Origin: an uncultured virus (IMG/VR IMGVR_UViG_3300025009_000081)
Lineage: Duplodnaviria; Heunggongvirae; Uroviricota; Caudoviricetes
Virus record (IMG/VR): IMGVR_UViG_3300025009_000081
Length of the DNA stretch: 64,000 nucleotides
Strand: one strand, 5' to 3'
Shown here: piece after piece, positions 1 through 8,963 of the stretch
Position numbering within the stretch: position 1 is the stretch's first letter
How the letters are laid out: every line of letters begins with the position of its first letter
The notes under the pieces: generated by a model
Told to the model about the DNA's origin: nothing
Databases searched by the model: none
Seen by the model: only the letters and a program-made list of their open reading frames with translations
Made by a program: the position numbers and the translations under genes

Positions 1-1
1 G

Positions 2-115
2 GCAAACGCAGGGGCAACTGGAACGCTTGGGGAAATTAGAGTAGTGGCAGATGCGATCTACGTTTGCACGGCTACAAATACTTGGGTTAAGGCAGCATTA
101 GCAACTTGGTCATAA
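2..115 (+). CDS. 3' end of a tail fibre-like protein (partial)
   Basis: Open frame ANAGATGTLGEIRVVADAIYVCTATNTWVKAALATWS*. The G..G.I....YVC.ATNTW..AL.TW pattern recurs at the C-termini of phage fibre proteins. Confidence 0.6.
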   Translation, partial: ANAGATGTLGEIRVVADAIYVCTATNTWVKAALATWS

Positions 116-134
116 TTTAAAAGGAGAATAAACA

Positions 135-461
135 ATGGCAATTATAACACAAACACAATACAAGGGAATAGACCTCCCACAGGCGTATATCAAGGTACAT
201 CCTTTCATAAGTATTGAGATATACCTTGACGAGGACTCACGCAAAAGCGGAACCGCACTCGACTTTAAGGTAATCGAACTAAGTGACGATGCCAAGAAAG
301 CGATATACGAAACCGTGTTGAAAGATATGTTTCCCAATGCAGAAGCGCAGTTAAAGCCTTTGGTAATGCCAGTAAAGACCATTGAGCAGGTGAGCGAGGA
401 AGAGAGAAAAGAGATTGAAGGTACATCTCAGGATATTAATTATAAAGGAGATCATAAATGA
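135..461 (+). CDS. hypothetical protein, possibly tail-fibre associated
   Basis: AAGGAG RBS, 108 aa, follows the fibre-like gene. Confidence 0.6.
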   Translation: MAIITQTQYKGIDLPQAYIKVHPFISIEIYLDEDSRKSGTALDFKVIELSDDAKKAIYETVLKDMFPNAEAQLKPLVMPVKTIEQVSEEERKEIEGTSQDINYKGDHK

Positions 462-928
462 CAACAAAAGTAACAACAGATGAAATGGGCAACACAGTCC
501 CTATAAAACCTGTGAGTATGTATGATTCCACAGGGAACGCAGTAGATGTGAATGGTGTGAGTGTAGTGCACCTCTTCGATGCCGAAGTGATTGCAGCTTC
601 AGGTGTGGCTACAAGTGCAGCCATAGACTTGGCCTCTTTCACGCCATCGGGCACTTTCAGTATTCAAATACATATCACTGGTGATGGCACATTCAAGTTC
701 CAAGTACTTCTGAGCAACAATGCCAATACTCTAGGTGTTGGTGATTACATGCTTGCACATGACTACCCACTGATTGAAGAGAACTTGACAAAGACAAGTG
801 GCCCAGACAGCAATGGGAAGATTATACTACCCTGCTATCCCGAAGTAGCAGAGTTTATGAAAATAAGAATTACAGAAACAGGCACCAGTGATGGTGGGAC
901 TATTTCTGCATGGCTAACAATAGTTTAA
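458..928 (+). CDS. hypothetical virion protein (beta-rich)
   Basis: AAGGAG RBS, ATGA overlap with the upstream gene, 156 aa. Confidence 0.6.
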   Translation: MTTKVTTDEMGNTVPIKPVSMYDSTGNAVDVNGVSVVHLFDAEVIAASGVATSAAIDLASFTPSGTFSIQIHITGDGTFKFQVLLSNNANTLGVGDYMLAHDYPLIEENLTKTSGPDSNGKIILPCYPEVAEFMKIRITETGTSDGGTISAWLTIV

Positions 929-949
929 CAACAAACAAAGGAGAACAAA

Positions 950-1747
950 ATGACTTGGAACGGAAGATCAACAAAAGGTGATGTGGATGGGCCTATCGTC
1001 AGTACAGATGGAAACATTACAGGCTTTGACGGAGCCACAGGTACAAAGATAAAAGACTTAGCTATTGCACCAAGCACCGATGGTACTTTTGCAGCCAACA
1101 GCGATGCAAAGATACCCACAGAAAAAGCAGTGAAGACCTATGTGGCATCACAGCAAGCAGCTGACCTTGCAGCCTATGTACCCAAATCTGTGTATGCAGA
1201 TGTTGGCAGTATTCCCTATGGTGGCAGTGGATCAGGTAGCTCAGTCCTGAATCTTGTGGGAAACACAGCAGCCACAAAGAAGTTTCTCAGTGAAACCGGA
1301 ACAGGTAGTGCGGGTCAAGCTCCTACTTGGGAACCCCTGGTAGAATCAGACTTGCCTTCTAAACTAAGAACACAGGCACTTGCTGAATCAGTAGCCACAG
1401 CTTTATTCCAGATAGCTCTGACAGCAGGTCAATCTTACAGTGGACACATACCCTACTCTATCAATGCCGATGATGCCACAGACTTTCAGGTTCATTCTGG
1501 AAAGGTTGATATTGCAGCAGTGAATAAAGCAGGGACAATCACAGCAGAAGTAACCAAACAAGCCGATGCAAATGATGCCGATGCTTTCAGTGCTGGCAGT
1601 GCAATAGTACCTGCATTCACAATCACTGATGACACCAATGCCTTCACGTTGAAACTGGAACCTACTTTTGTAGGAATCTCCCCAACTTCTATTATGGCTA
1701 ACTATCGTATCTTCAGTGATATTGACAGAGCCATAACTGAGCTATAA
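950..1747 (+). CDS. putative fibre/virion structural protein
   Basis: RBS; rich in Ala/Thr/Gly; GP..STDGNI..FDG.TG..IKD and SD..IPTEKAVKTYV motifs typical of fibre proteins. Confidence 0.6.
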   Translation: MTWNGRSTKGDVDGPIVSTDGNITGFDGATGTKIKDLAIAPSTDGTFAANSDAKIPTEKAVKTYVASQQAADLAAYVPKSVYADVGSIPYGGSGSGSSVLNLVGNTAATKKFLSETGTGSAGQAPTWEPLVESDLPSKLRTQALAESVATALFQIALTAGQSYSGHIPYSINADDATDFQVHSGKVDIAAVNKAGTITAEVTKQADANDADAFSAGSAIVPAFTITDDTNAFTLKLEPTFVGISPTSIMANYRIFSDIDRAITEL

Positions 1748-1754
1748 GGAACAC

Positions 1755-2588
1755 ATGACTGAGCAGGACAAATATTTACCAGTAGTTAAAAGCACTTATG
1801 AGTTCTTGATCTCTGTGGGAATACACAGTTGGACTCTTAACTTTTTGATTATTACTTCAATAGTCCTGCTCATCATTATTCTTGTATTGAAACTGGGGTG
1901 GAAATACATTGAGCCTTTCCTGACATGGATGAAAACAAATGTATTTATAAACAAAGATCGTAGAAAAGTGTGGGACGATGTGCAATGGACAAAAACAGAG
2001 GTTATTGGCCTCAAGGATGTAGTATTAAAGATAGACGATAAAATGACAAAGATGATAGATGCTGTAACCGAGCTGACTAAGGACATGGGTTTGATTAAAG
2101 AGAACCAAGCCACACAAGATGGCAAGATAAACTTACTCAGCAGGGATGCAGAACTCTATCAGGAAAAACTGAAACAATACAGCAGTGATGAACTGGACAG
2201 GGCTCTTATCCTAGAAATGGAAATAGACAGCTACCTGTTCAATGAGTTCTGGAACCGGGTTGTGGATCTTGGTAGTGACAATTACAATTCCCTGGCACTG
2301 ACTCCTATGTTTCACACACTCATTCAAGACGCACTGAGATTTGGAGACAAGAGGACACAGGAAATGATGATTCCCCACTTCATCCAGAAAGTTCTTGAAG
2401 AGGCCAGTGAACTCACAAACAAGTATGCACAGATGTTCTTTGAGCAGTTTGTGATGATGTATGAGAACAAAGAGCTCCAACCTCGAATGAAGTATCTGAA
2501 GAGCTTTGTGGACAAAACAGAAGCAGAGTACAAGTCATTCTTTAAAGAGATATTTCAGAAACTTATCAAGAGAGCACTTCATGGGTAG
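1755..2588 (+). CDS. membrane protein with N-terminal TM helix and coiled coil (holin-like candidate)
   Basis: Hydrophobic FLIITSIVLLIIILVL segment followed by a charged helical region; lies upstream of the lipase and peptidase. Confidence 0.5.
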   Translation: MTEQDKYLPVVKSTYEFLISVGIHSWTLNFLIITSIVLLIIILVLKLGWKYIEPFLTWMKTNVFINKDRRKVWDDVQWTKTEVIGLKDVVLKIDDKMTKMIDAVTELTKDMGLIKENQATQDGKINLLSRDAELYQEKLKQYSSDELDRALILEMEIDSYLFNEFWNRVVDLGSDNYNSLALTPMFHTLIQDALRFGDKRTQEMMIPHFIQKVLEEASELTNKYAQMFFEQFVMMYENKELQPRMKYLKSFVDKTEAEYKSFFKEIFQKLIKRALHG

Positions 2589-2694
2589 CCAGAGATATAA
2601 TTGGGGTATGCCGGACTCAGGTTGGCCTAAGTACACATACCTGCTTGTGATGACAATTATTTGGATACTAACCACTTATGCTTGGCTGCACTGA
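2581..2694 (+). CDS. small single-TM peptide (37 aa)
   Basis: MGSQRYNWGMPDSGWPKYTYLLVMTIIWILTTYAWLH; overlaps the end of the upstream gene. Confidence 0.5.
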   Translation: MGSQRYNWGMPDSGWPKYTYLLVMTIIWILTTYAWLH

Positions 2695-2801
2695 TGAAGG
2701 GCTTGAGGAATGTGGTGGGTATGGCTGCTGCTTGTTTTGGAGTGGCTGCTCTGATGTTGTACTTGATGATAAGAGACTTATTGCATCAAGACGAAGAATA
2801 A
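2694..2801 (+). CDS. small single-TM peptide (35 aa, not in ORF track)
   Basis: TGATG coupling to the previous ORF; MKGLRNVVGMAAACFGVAALMLYLMIRDLLHQDEE. Confidence 0.5.
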   Translation: MKGLRNVVGMAAACFGVAALMLYLMIRDLLHQDEE

Positions 2802-2824
2802 ACTGTCTAAGTAAAGGAGAAACC

Positions 2825-3478
2825 ATGGTAACAAATCTCAATTTAGCCAAACTTTGCAAAATCGTTTATGAAGATAACAAGACTACTCCTACCAGTTTGG
2901 GGTTTGAGACCATTGCAAAGATCAGAAGAAAAAATGCAGTTGTATATGTGGTAGCTGGAGTAGAAGAGATTGTGATTGTGTACCGTGGTAGTGATGACTT
3001 CAAAGACTGGATTGAGGACATCAATGTCCTTGTTAAACACGAAAAGGATTTTGGTGATGTGCACGCTGGTGCTCTTTATCACTTCAAATTAACCAAACAA
3101 GTGCTCTGGGAGGCTCTTTCAGGTGCTAACCTATCCAAGTATAGGGTTGTCATCACAGGACACAGCCTGGGGGCTGTAGCAGCTCAAATGTGTGCATTGT
3201 GGTTGTGGCAGGAGCATGGGGTGGAAAGTACCTGTAAGACTTTTGCTGGTTTCCCTTTTGCCCAAGGCGAATTTGCCCGGAGATTTGCTGATGCCAAGAT
3301 TGACAACACAAGATTTGTGTGTGATGGAGACCCTGCTGCTGGAAGTAGAGTTTTAAATGCAATATTCCATCACTTACCTGTTGACATAAAACTGGGAAAG
3401 TCCTGGTTCAAGTGGCTTCCTGGATTGCGATGGGGAAGGCACTTAATAGAAACTTATGTAAAGGAGCTTGTTAAGTGA
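2825..3478 (+). CDS. class 3 lipase (alpha/beta hydrolase)
   Basis: IVYRGSD..DW, VHAG, ITGHSLGA nucleophile elbow, R.V...DP and a C-terminal His; start moved to the ATG after the AAAGGAG RBS. Confidence 0.85.
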   Translation: MVTNLNLAKLCKIVYEDNKTTPTSLGFETIAKIRRKNAVVYVVAGVEEIVIVYRGSDDFKDWIEDINVLVKHEKDFGDVHAGALYHFKLTKQVLWEALSGANLSKYRVVITGHSLGAVAAQMCALWLWQEHGVESTCKTFAGFPFAQGEFARRFADAKIDNTRFVCDGDPAAGSRVLNAIFHHLPVDIKLGKSWFKWLPGLRWGRHLIETYVKELVK

Positions 3479-3903
3479 TTTACAAAAGCACATACTTCAA
3501 GATAGCTGAACTTGTGGCTCCTGAGATATTATTGACTGAAAAAGAAGATGATTTGTGGGAGAAGTTTGGGGAAAAGAGAATAAGACACCTTGACCTCCTC
3601 CGGGAAAACTTTAGTGACAAGATTGCAGTGAATGGGAACGGCAGAAAGTACAGTGGGTTAAGGCCAATGGACTGCAAAGAGGGAGCACCCAAGAGCAAGC
3701 ACAAGTTCTATGAAGCCTTTGACTTACATGCTGTAAATGACAAAGACAATGTGAAGCTGAAGAAGTTGTTGGGAATGATCCTAATCAACCCGGAGAAGTA
3801 TGGCATCAGTAGAATTGAAGACCCCGATGTGACTTTTAAAGGAAACTGGCTCCATGTTGAAATAATAAACAACTGGAACGGTTTCCACATATTTAAGCCT
3901 TAG
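3475..3903 (+). CDS. peptidase M15-type endolysin
   Basis: SGLR, SKH....AFD and WLHVE zinc-peptidase motifs. Confidence 0.8.
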   Translation: MIYKSTYFKIAELVAPEILLTEKEDDLWEKFGEKRIRHLDLLRENFSDKIAVNGNGRKYSGLRPMDCKEGAPKSKHKFYEAFDLHAVNDKDNVKLKKLLGMILINPEKYGISRIEDPDVTFKGNWLHVEIINNWNGFHIFKP

Positions 3904-3943
3904 AGTGTGGGTGGTTTCGCACCCTGTTACTCCCACACCTGAG

Positions 3944-3977
3944 AAAAGCCCTGGTACTCACACTACTGGGGTTTTTT
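3944..3977 (+). terminator. intrinsic terminator at the convergence of the two transcription blocks
   Basis: AGCCCTGGTA/TACTGGGGTT stem (with G-U pairs) followed by a T run and preceded by an A run. Confidence 0.7.
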
Positions 3978-4141
3978 CTTTAAAAAGTCCTCTATTGCTT
4001 CCTCATTCAAAAGATTATTTACAGTGAGAAAACTAAGCATGTTGAACCCAGTATCACTTATCACAGCATCACTGCAAGAGTTTTTCTTTCTCCAATCACC
4101 AAACATTCTGTATAAATCTACACGTTTGCTAAATAATGACA

Positions 4142-4396
4142 TTATTCCTCCTCTTCACTGCTTCCCCCATATCTTTTCTTGGTGAGTTCACATTCATGGC
4201 AGACAAAAGTTGTGTTAGAGCTTCCACAGATAGGACATTCCTCATTAATTTCTAGTCCGGGCTCTCTAGTCCATTCATGATCACAATCCCTTCTAAAGTA
4301 TAGGTTCCCATCATCTGATAAAGCATATAGATAGGCGTGACATTGTGTTTCCATAGTATAGGCCACAGGCACTACTTGCAATTGTACTATTTTCAT
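4142..4396 (-). CDS. hypothetical protein with CxxC motifs
   Basis: 84 aa; CPICG...CHEC; coupled to the upstream gene. Confidence 0.6.
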   Translation of the reverse strand: MKIVQLQVVPVAYTMETQCHAYLYALSDDGNLYFRRDCDHEWTREPGLEINEECPICGSSNTTFVCHECELTKKRYGGSSEEEE

Positions 4397-5121
4397 AATT
4401 CCTCCTCATTTACACATTTACAAAGCTCAGTGTATTCCCCACAGCTTTCACAGAAAGTAACCTCAATGCTCTCCTCTACTTCGGCCTCATACTCTATTTT
4501 TATAGGCTCTACTCCCATCAAATCATCAAACTCCTTGCTGATCTCTGAGATCTCATACAGAGGCATAGTAGCCTTGCCCTTTTCCACAAGCTCTACTCCC
4601 TGAATGTCATTGCTGTCTGCTGTGATGTAGGCATATCTCTTCTTGTAGCGTAGAGGTATAAAGTCTTTCATGATCTCATAGAACATGTTGCGTGCCTCTA
4701 CGATCTTGTGCAGGGGTACATCAGCATATTTCATGTCGAAGAAAATGCTGGCTGCATGGAATTTCTCAAAGTTAGTCCTGAGTTCTGGGGTCTCCACATA
4801 AAACTTGTAGGTGTTGAACTTGTTGCAGAACACTTCCCCGGTGACTTTGTCATATCTTCTGAAGAAGAACAGCTGTGTGCCTGTAGCCTTGCAGATCTTT
4901 GGTGTCATGGTGTCATCCAGGAAAAGTCTCTTGTGGGGAACCCCATTCTTGACTGCATAGATGATTGTCTCTTTTCTAATCATACCTGCATGTGACTGAG
5001 GAACACCTTTCAGGGTCCTCAGATAGCACTTGAACTTCTTCTTTTTCTTGGGTATGGTGAGAAAGCCATTTAGTCTAATTGCTCTCTTGGGTACATATCT
5101 TGGTATTTCTTTTGGTTCCAT
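4393..5121 (-). CDS. hypothetical protein
   Basis: 242 aa with RBS; C-terminal CxxC-CxC. Confidence 0.7.
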   Translation of the reverse strand: MEPKEIPRYVPKRAIRLNGFLTIPKKKKKFKCYLRTLKGVPQSHAGMIRKETIIYAVKNGVPHKRLFLDDTMTPKICKATGTQLFFFRRYDKVTGEVFCNKFNTYKFYVETPELRTNFEKFHAASIFFDMKYADVPLHKIVEARNMFYEIMKDFIPLRYKKRYAYITADSNDIQGVELVEKGKATMPLYEISEISKEFDDLMGVEPIKIEYEAEVEESIEVTFCESCGEYTELCKCVNEEEL

Positions 5122-5142
5122 ATTGTTCCTTTTTAAAATTAT

Positions 5143-5480
5143 TGCTTATAGCGTTATGCGAAACGTACGAAGTTATCATTTTGTACTTTCGCTGTTGGGC
5201 GTTAGTGATTTTTCATCATATCGTTTATTCCACCGTTCAATAGCTATAGATATATTTGATGATGGTAGGATTGAACAAATACAGTCGGGACAAACAATAA
5301 CAAATTCTAATCCATCATTGTCATCATCTTCCGTCAAATATCCTTTATCATAGTTTGTGTTATTAACTTCAATACTCCCACAAAATGGACAAGGTTTTAA
5401 TTCTTCATTCATAATTTACTCTCCTTTTAAAAATCATTACGCCTAACTCTTTCTGTGCGAACAAAAACTTCGTACAATCA
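5143..5480 (-). mobile_element. integron-cassette-like unit with attC-like flanks
   Basis: GTTAGGC core upstream of the gene; GCCCAAC inverse core at the gene end, followed by an imperfect hairpin with a bulged base. Confidence 0.5.
5176..5412 (-). CDS. Lar-family restriction alleviation-like protein
   Basis: ELKPCPFCG...CPDC...AIERWNKR family signature. Confidence 0.75.
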   Translation of the reverse strand: MNEELKPCPFCGSIEVNNTNYDKGYLTEDDDNDGLEFVIVCPDCICSILPSSNISIAIERWNKRYDEKSLTPNSESTK

Positions 5481-5482
5481 TT

Positions 5483-6370
5483 CTAAATCATACCTAACAG
5501 TGTTTTTATCTGGATCGCTTCTCTGGGAGTCAAGTCCCCAGGATCCTTTCCCTCAAGGTTCAGGCACACATTGTCCACACTCCTGCCCAAAGAGGCAAGT
5601 TGTTGGGCATACCCCATAGCTTTCTTCTGGGCCAGCACTTCGGGGTCAAACATGATCTTTATGTGGTCAAATCCAGCTAACTCTCTGATCTGCTCAGTCT
5701 TCAGGCTGGTCCCAAAGCTACAGCAAAAACCATCACCCATTCTCCAGGTGTCAAACACACCCTCCACAAGCACAACAGTGTTCTTGTTGCAGTTGTTTAG
5801 GTTGTAGAGAGTATCCTTGTAGTTCTGAACCGTGTACTCTTCGGGGCAGCCCAGATACCTGATCTTGGACTTGCCACTCACATCTCTGCCCTGAAAGCTG
5901 ATTGCCTTGCCCTGCTTGTTCAATACGGGGATGATGATTCTGTATCTGAAGTCAATACCATTGAATAGACAAGTTGGCCCTGCTCCTTTTATAAAGTATT
6001 TTCTCTCAATGTAGTCGGGGTCAAAGTTACGCTTCACCAGATAGTTCTTGTGCATTGCCAGCAGCTTGTCTCCAGGCACTTCTATGGACTGTATTAATTT
6101 CTCCCTTACTATTTCCCTATCAGGTACATAAGTGCTCTCATACTGCTTTAGAATCTGCTTTACAGTGCTGTGTTCAATGCCCAGGGTTTCCTGTATGCTG
6201 TCTGAGAGCCTGTGGTACCCACACTTCCAACAGGTAGTGTATTCTTTGGTCAAGTGCCAGCCCAAGTGCTGCTTCTGGTCTCCACAGAAAGCACAACTGG
6301 TATTGACAAAGGTTTGGCCTTGCTGAAAGTCGATCTCGTTGTCCTGGAGGAATTGAATTACGTTGAACAT
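5483..6370 (-). CDS. DNA primase (zinc finger + TOPRIM)
   Basis: CAFC...CWKC zinc finger, RIIIP, FQGR, LVEGVFD, MFDPE, KDPGD. Confidence 0.9.
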   Translation of the reverse strand: MFNVIQFLQDNEIDFQQGQTFVNTSCAFCGDQKQHLGWHLTKEYTTCWKCGYHRLSDSIQETLGIEHSTVKQILKQYESTYVPDREIVREKLIQSIEVPGDKLLAMHKNYLVKRNFDPDYIERKYFIKGAGPTCLFNGIDFRYRIIIPVLNKQGKAISFQGRDVSGKSKIRYLGCPEEYTVQNYKDTLYNLNNCNKNTVVLVEGVFDTWRMGDGFCCSFGTSLKTEQIRELAGFDHIKIMFDPEVLAQKKAMGYAQQLASLGRSVDNVCLNLEGKDPGDLTPREAIQIKTLLGMI

Positions 6371-6777
6371 TAGTATTCTGTTTTTTTAACTTCTATATTT
6401 ACATTCATTCTGTAATCCGATTGAGTATTCTCAATAAAAGAGTTTACCAAATTCAATGCTATTATTTTTTGATTTTTTACAAGTGTTTTTTGAATCTCAA
6501 TAGCCAATCCTTCCTTAGATTTTCCTATGTACTCTTTCACAGCTGTTTTAGCTGCCTCATGTATGGCATTATTACACAGCCATTGTATAAAAGGAATATC
6601 ACTACTGTAGGATGAGGCTTTACCACTAGAATCTACTTTCATGGTGAGTATTTTTGAAACCACATCACTAATTATATTCTTACTTCCTGATAAAGCCTCA
6701 CATACTGCTGCACTTACTTTTGCATCAATTATGGGTTGTATGATTTCCTTACTTATTGATAAATTTACATCTGACAT
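6370..6777 (-). CDS. hypothetical protein
   Basis: 135 aa with AGGAG RBS. Confidence 0.65.
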   Translation of the reverse strand: MSDVNLSISKEIIQPIIDAKVSAAVCEALSGSKNIISDVVSKILTMKVDSSGKASSYSSDIPFIQWLCNNAIHEAAKTAVKEYIGKSKEGLAIEIQKTLVKNQKIIALNLVNSFIENTQSDYRMNVNIEVKKTEY

Positions 6778-6787
6778 ACTGTTCTCC

Positions 6788-7057
6788 TTATAGAAACAAA
6801 TCCTTTTTGATATTCTCTTTTGCTATCACATCTTCTTCGGGTATAGCCAATGAGTAGGTAACAGGGTTAGCTTTCAAGATGCCTCGATTCACAAGTCTGT
6901 GTACCAGGGTATCAATCTGAGCAGGTGGTATGTCCTTTCCAGCCAAGTAAGTAAGCAACTCCTTTCTACTTAGGCTTTTGAAAGTAACCATAAGCTCCAT
7001 GAGCCTTTTTCCATGACCCTGTACTTTGTTACTTTTGCCTCTGGGTTTACGACTCAT
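6788..7057 (-). CDS. small winged-helix-like protein
   Basis: LSRKEL...IDTLVHRLVNRGIL pattern. Confidence 0.5.
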   Translation of the reverse strand: MSRKPRGKSNKVQGHGKRLMELMVTFKSLSRKELLTYLAGKDIPPAQIDTLVHRLVNRGILKANPVTYSLAIPEEDVIAKENIKKDLFL

Positions 7058-7661
7058 ACCTGCCCTCTTTGCTGATAAAACTTTCCTTGCCTTCCATGTC
7101 CACCAGAAAGTATTTATCCGCTATTTCAATCAGGAAGCTGTCATGGGTTACACAGATAATCTGAAGCCCTAACTTATCTGAGATCGCACGGAGAAACTCT
7201 CCCATCAGGGGCTTGTACTCCGCACTGAGAAACTTGAAGGGCTCATCCAGAAGTATTGTCTTTGCTTTTTTGCTAAGTACCCAGACTGCTATTCTAAGCG
7301 CAAAGCTCACGATGTCAACAACTCCACCACCTGTACTGTCCAGTGGATCAATTTGAATACCTTTCTCTTCCAGGAAAATGTTGGCTTCAGTCTTTCCTCT
7401 TTTGCTCTCAAACTTCAACTTGAACTGGTACTTTTCTCCAAACACGGAACTTAGAGCTGCCTGTACGATCTCTTCGATGTGTACACTCACACTGTTCTGG
7501 GTCTCCTGTGCGACTTGCTGAATCAGTGCTTGTGCTTCCTCTTGGGCCAGTTGCAGTGCTCTGAGGTTTACAAGTTCTTTGTTAGCAATGACCAAAGAGT
7601 CTTCGAGAAAAGTAAGTTTCCCCATGACCTGCTGCACCTTGGACTTGATGTGCTCAAGCAT
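7047..7661 (-). CDS. Rad50/SbcC-like ATPase, C-terminal half
   Basis: Coiled coil, then signature STGGG, Walker B LLDEP and H-loop VTHD; no Walker A. Confidence 0.85.
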   Translation of the reverse strand: MLEHIKSKVQQVMGKLTFLEDSLVIANKELVNLRALQLAQEEAQALIQQVAQETQNSVSVHIEEIVQAALSSVFGEKYQFKLKFESKRGKTEANIFLEEKGIQIDPLDSTGGGVVDIVSFALRIAVWVLSKKAKTILLDEPFKFLSAEYKPLMGEFLRAISDKLGLQIICVTHDSFLIEIADKYFLVDMEGKESFISKEGRYES

Positions 7662-7887
7662 AGGTCTTCAGTTCCTTTTCTACTTCGCCAAGCATTTCAT
7701 TGTACTTGGACTCCAGTGCAACTATCTGAGTCTCTGTGTCCTGTTGCAGCTTCTCAGCCTGTTCTACACTGCTGCACCCAAAAGTGGTTGCCAGAGTGTC
7801 TGTGTAGCTCTGAAGCATACCTTCAGCCTTGGACTTGTCTGCTTCTGCTGTTCTTAGTTTCTGTTTTAATTCATCAATACTAGCCAT
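7654..7887 (-). CDS. short coiled-coil protein
   Basis: Heptad-rich MASIDELKQKL... (77 aa); start moved to the ATG after GAGGAAG. Confidence 0.65.
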   Translation of the reverse strand: MASIDELKQKLRTAEADKSKAEGMLQSYTDTLATTFGCSSVEQAEKLQQDTETQIVALESKYNEMLGEVEKELKTYA

Positions 7888-8098
7888 TTTCTTCCTCTCT
7901 TTTTCGGTAAAATTCACCTTCTTTTTTAAACTGTTCCTGCTCAAACAATAGCTGCTGTGTGATCCCATAAAAATCATCTATTTCTTTCAGCTTTGCTTTC
8001 ATTGTTTCTATCTGAAAGCATATTGGGTAGCCCGTGTTCTCAATACCTTCATAAGTAATGGGTAGATGATTATCTATGTTCTCACAAATTCTTAACAT
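7880..8098 (-). CDS. hypothetical protein
   Basis: 72 aa with GGAG RBS, within the operon. Confidence 0.55.
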   Translation of the reverse strand: MLRICENIDNHLPITYEGIENTGYPICFQIETMKAKLKEIDDFYGITQQLLFEQEQFKKEGEFYRKREEENG

Positions 8099-8117
8099 TT
8101 TCTATATTGCTCCAAAG

Positions 8118-8963
8118 TTAAAGTTGAACAAGGATGGTCTCTAATAATTTTCTGGTATTATCACCTAGAGTGGTATCTTGAACCCTCTGCTGCAAGTTGC
8201 TTACAAAGTCAAGTGTTATTCCCTGGTTGCTCTGAATGACCTCTATGAACTTCCCCATGCTGTCTTCTTTGACTTTCTTCTGATCCAGATAGTTGGTGTC
8301 CACAAACTCCAGTGGATTCTCTTCTACCTGCACCCACTCCACTTCCTCAGTTATGGTGTCAAAAATCGCTATTTTGGGAATGTAGTCAATCATATCAGCA
8401 GCCTGGATGTTCAAGCAGCCCGGATTGAGTACAAATCTGCCATCTGGGGCTTTGTAGAAGAACGATCTGTGATAGTCCCCTGTAAAGATACCCCTGCAAT
8501 CCCTGTTGGCATCCAGAAGCTCCTGTGCTGTAATCCCAATGCCTTTGACTGGCCTCTCTTTGTCCGAGGGAAAGCAAAGGGTATGGATGAACTTGTAAGG
8601 AAACTCAGATAATTCTACTACTCCATTATATGTTTTCAACAATGTCCCCACAGCAGTTTGCTCAATATACTGTATGCTATTATACAGGAGATCATGATTA
8701 CCAGGTAAAATAAAAAGCACTGGGTTAAGTATCTCATTTGCAAAATCTGTAAAAACTTCCAAATAGAGATTCACCAATTCATTGGTTGCTTTGGCTACAT
8801 GAAAAAGGTCTCCAGTCAAAACAACAAAAGTACAGTGGAGATCAACAGCAGTGTCCCTGATTTTCTCCAAATTCTTTCTCTGTGAGGCAATCCAGTCAGG
8901 GTCAATCCGACATCTAGGGGCTGTCTGGCGTGCATGTAAATCACCGGAAATTAACCATTTCAT
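8118..8963 (-). CDS. Mre11/SbcD-like metallophosphoesterase nuclease
   Basis: GDLH, TGDLF, PGNHD, GDYH and NPG motifs. Confidence 0.9.
   Translation of the reverse strand: MKWLISGDLHARQTAPRCRIDPDWIASQRKNLEKIRDTAVDLHCTFVVLTGDLFHVAKATNELVNLYLEVFTDFANEILNPVLFILPGNHDLLYNSIQYIEQTAVGTLLKTYNGVVELSEFPYKFIHTLCFPSDKERPVKGIGITAQELLDANRDCRGIFTGDYHRSFFYKAPDGRFVLNPGCLNIQAADMIDYIPKIAIFDTITEEVEWVQVEENPLEFVDTNYLDQKKVKEDSMGKFIEVIQSNQGITLDFVSNLQQRVQDTTLGDNTRKLLETILVQL

Noticed and set aside
2678..2824. Cys-rich N-terminal extension of the lipase in the ORF track
   Set aside because: There is a strong RBS before ATG 2825, and the upstream DNA is better explained by the 2694-2801 TM peptide.
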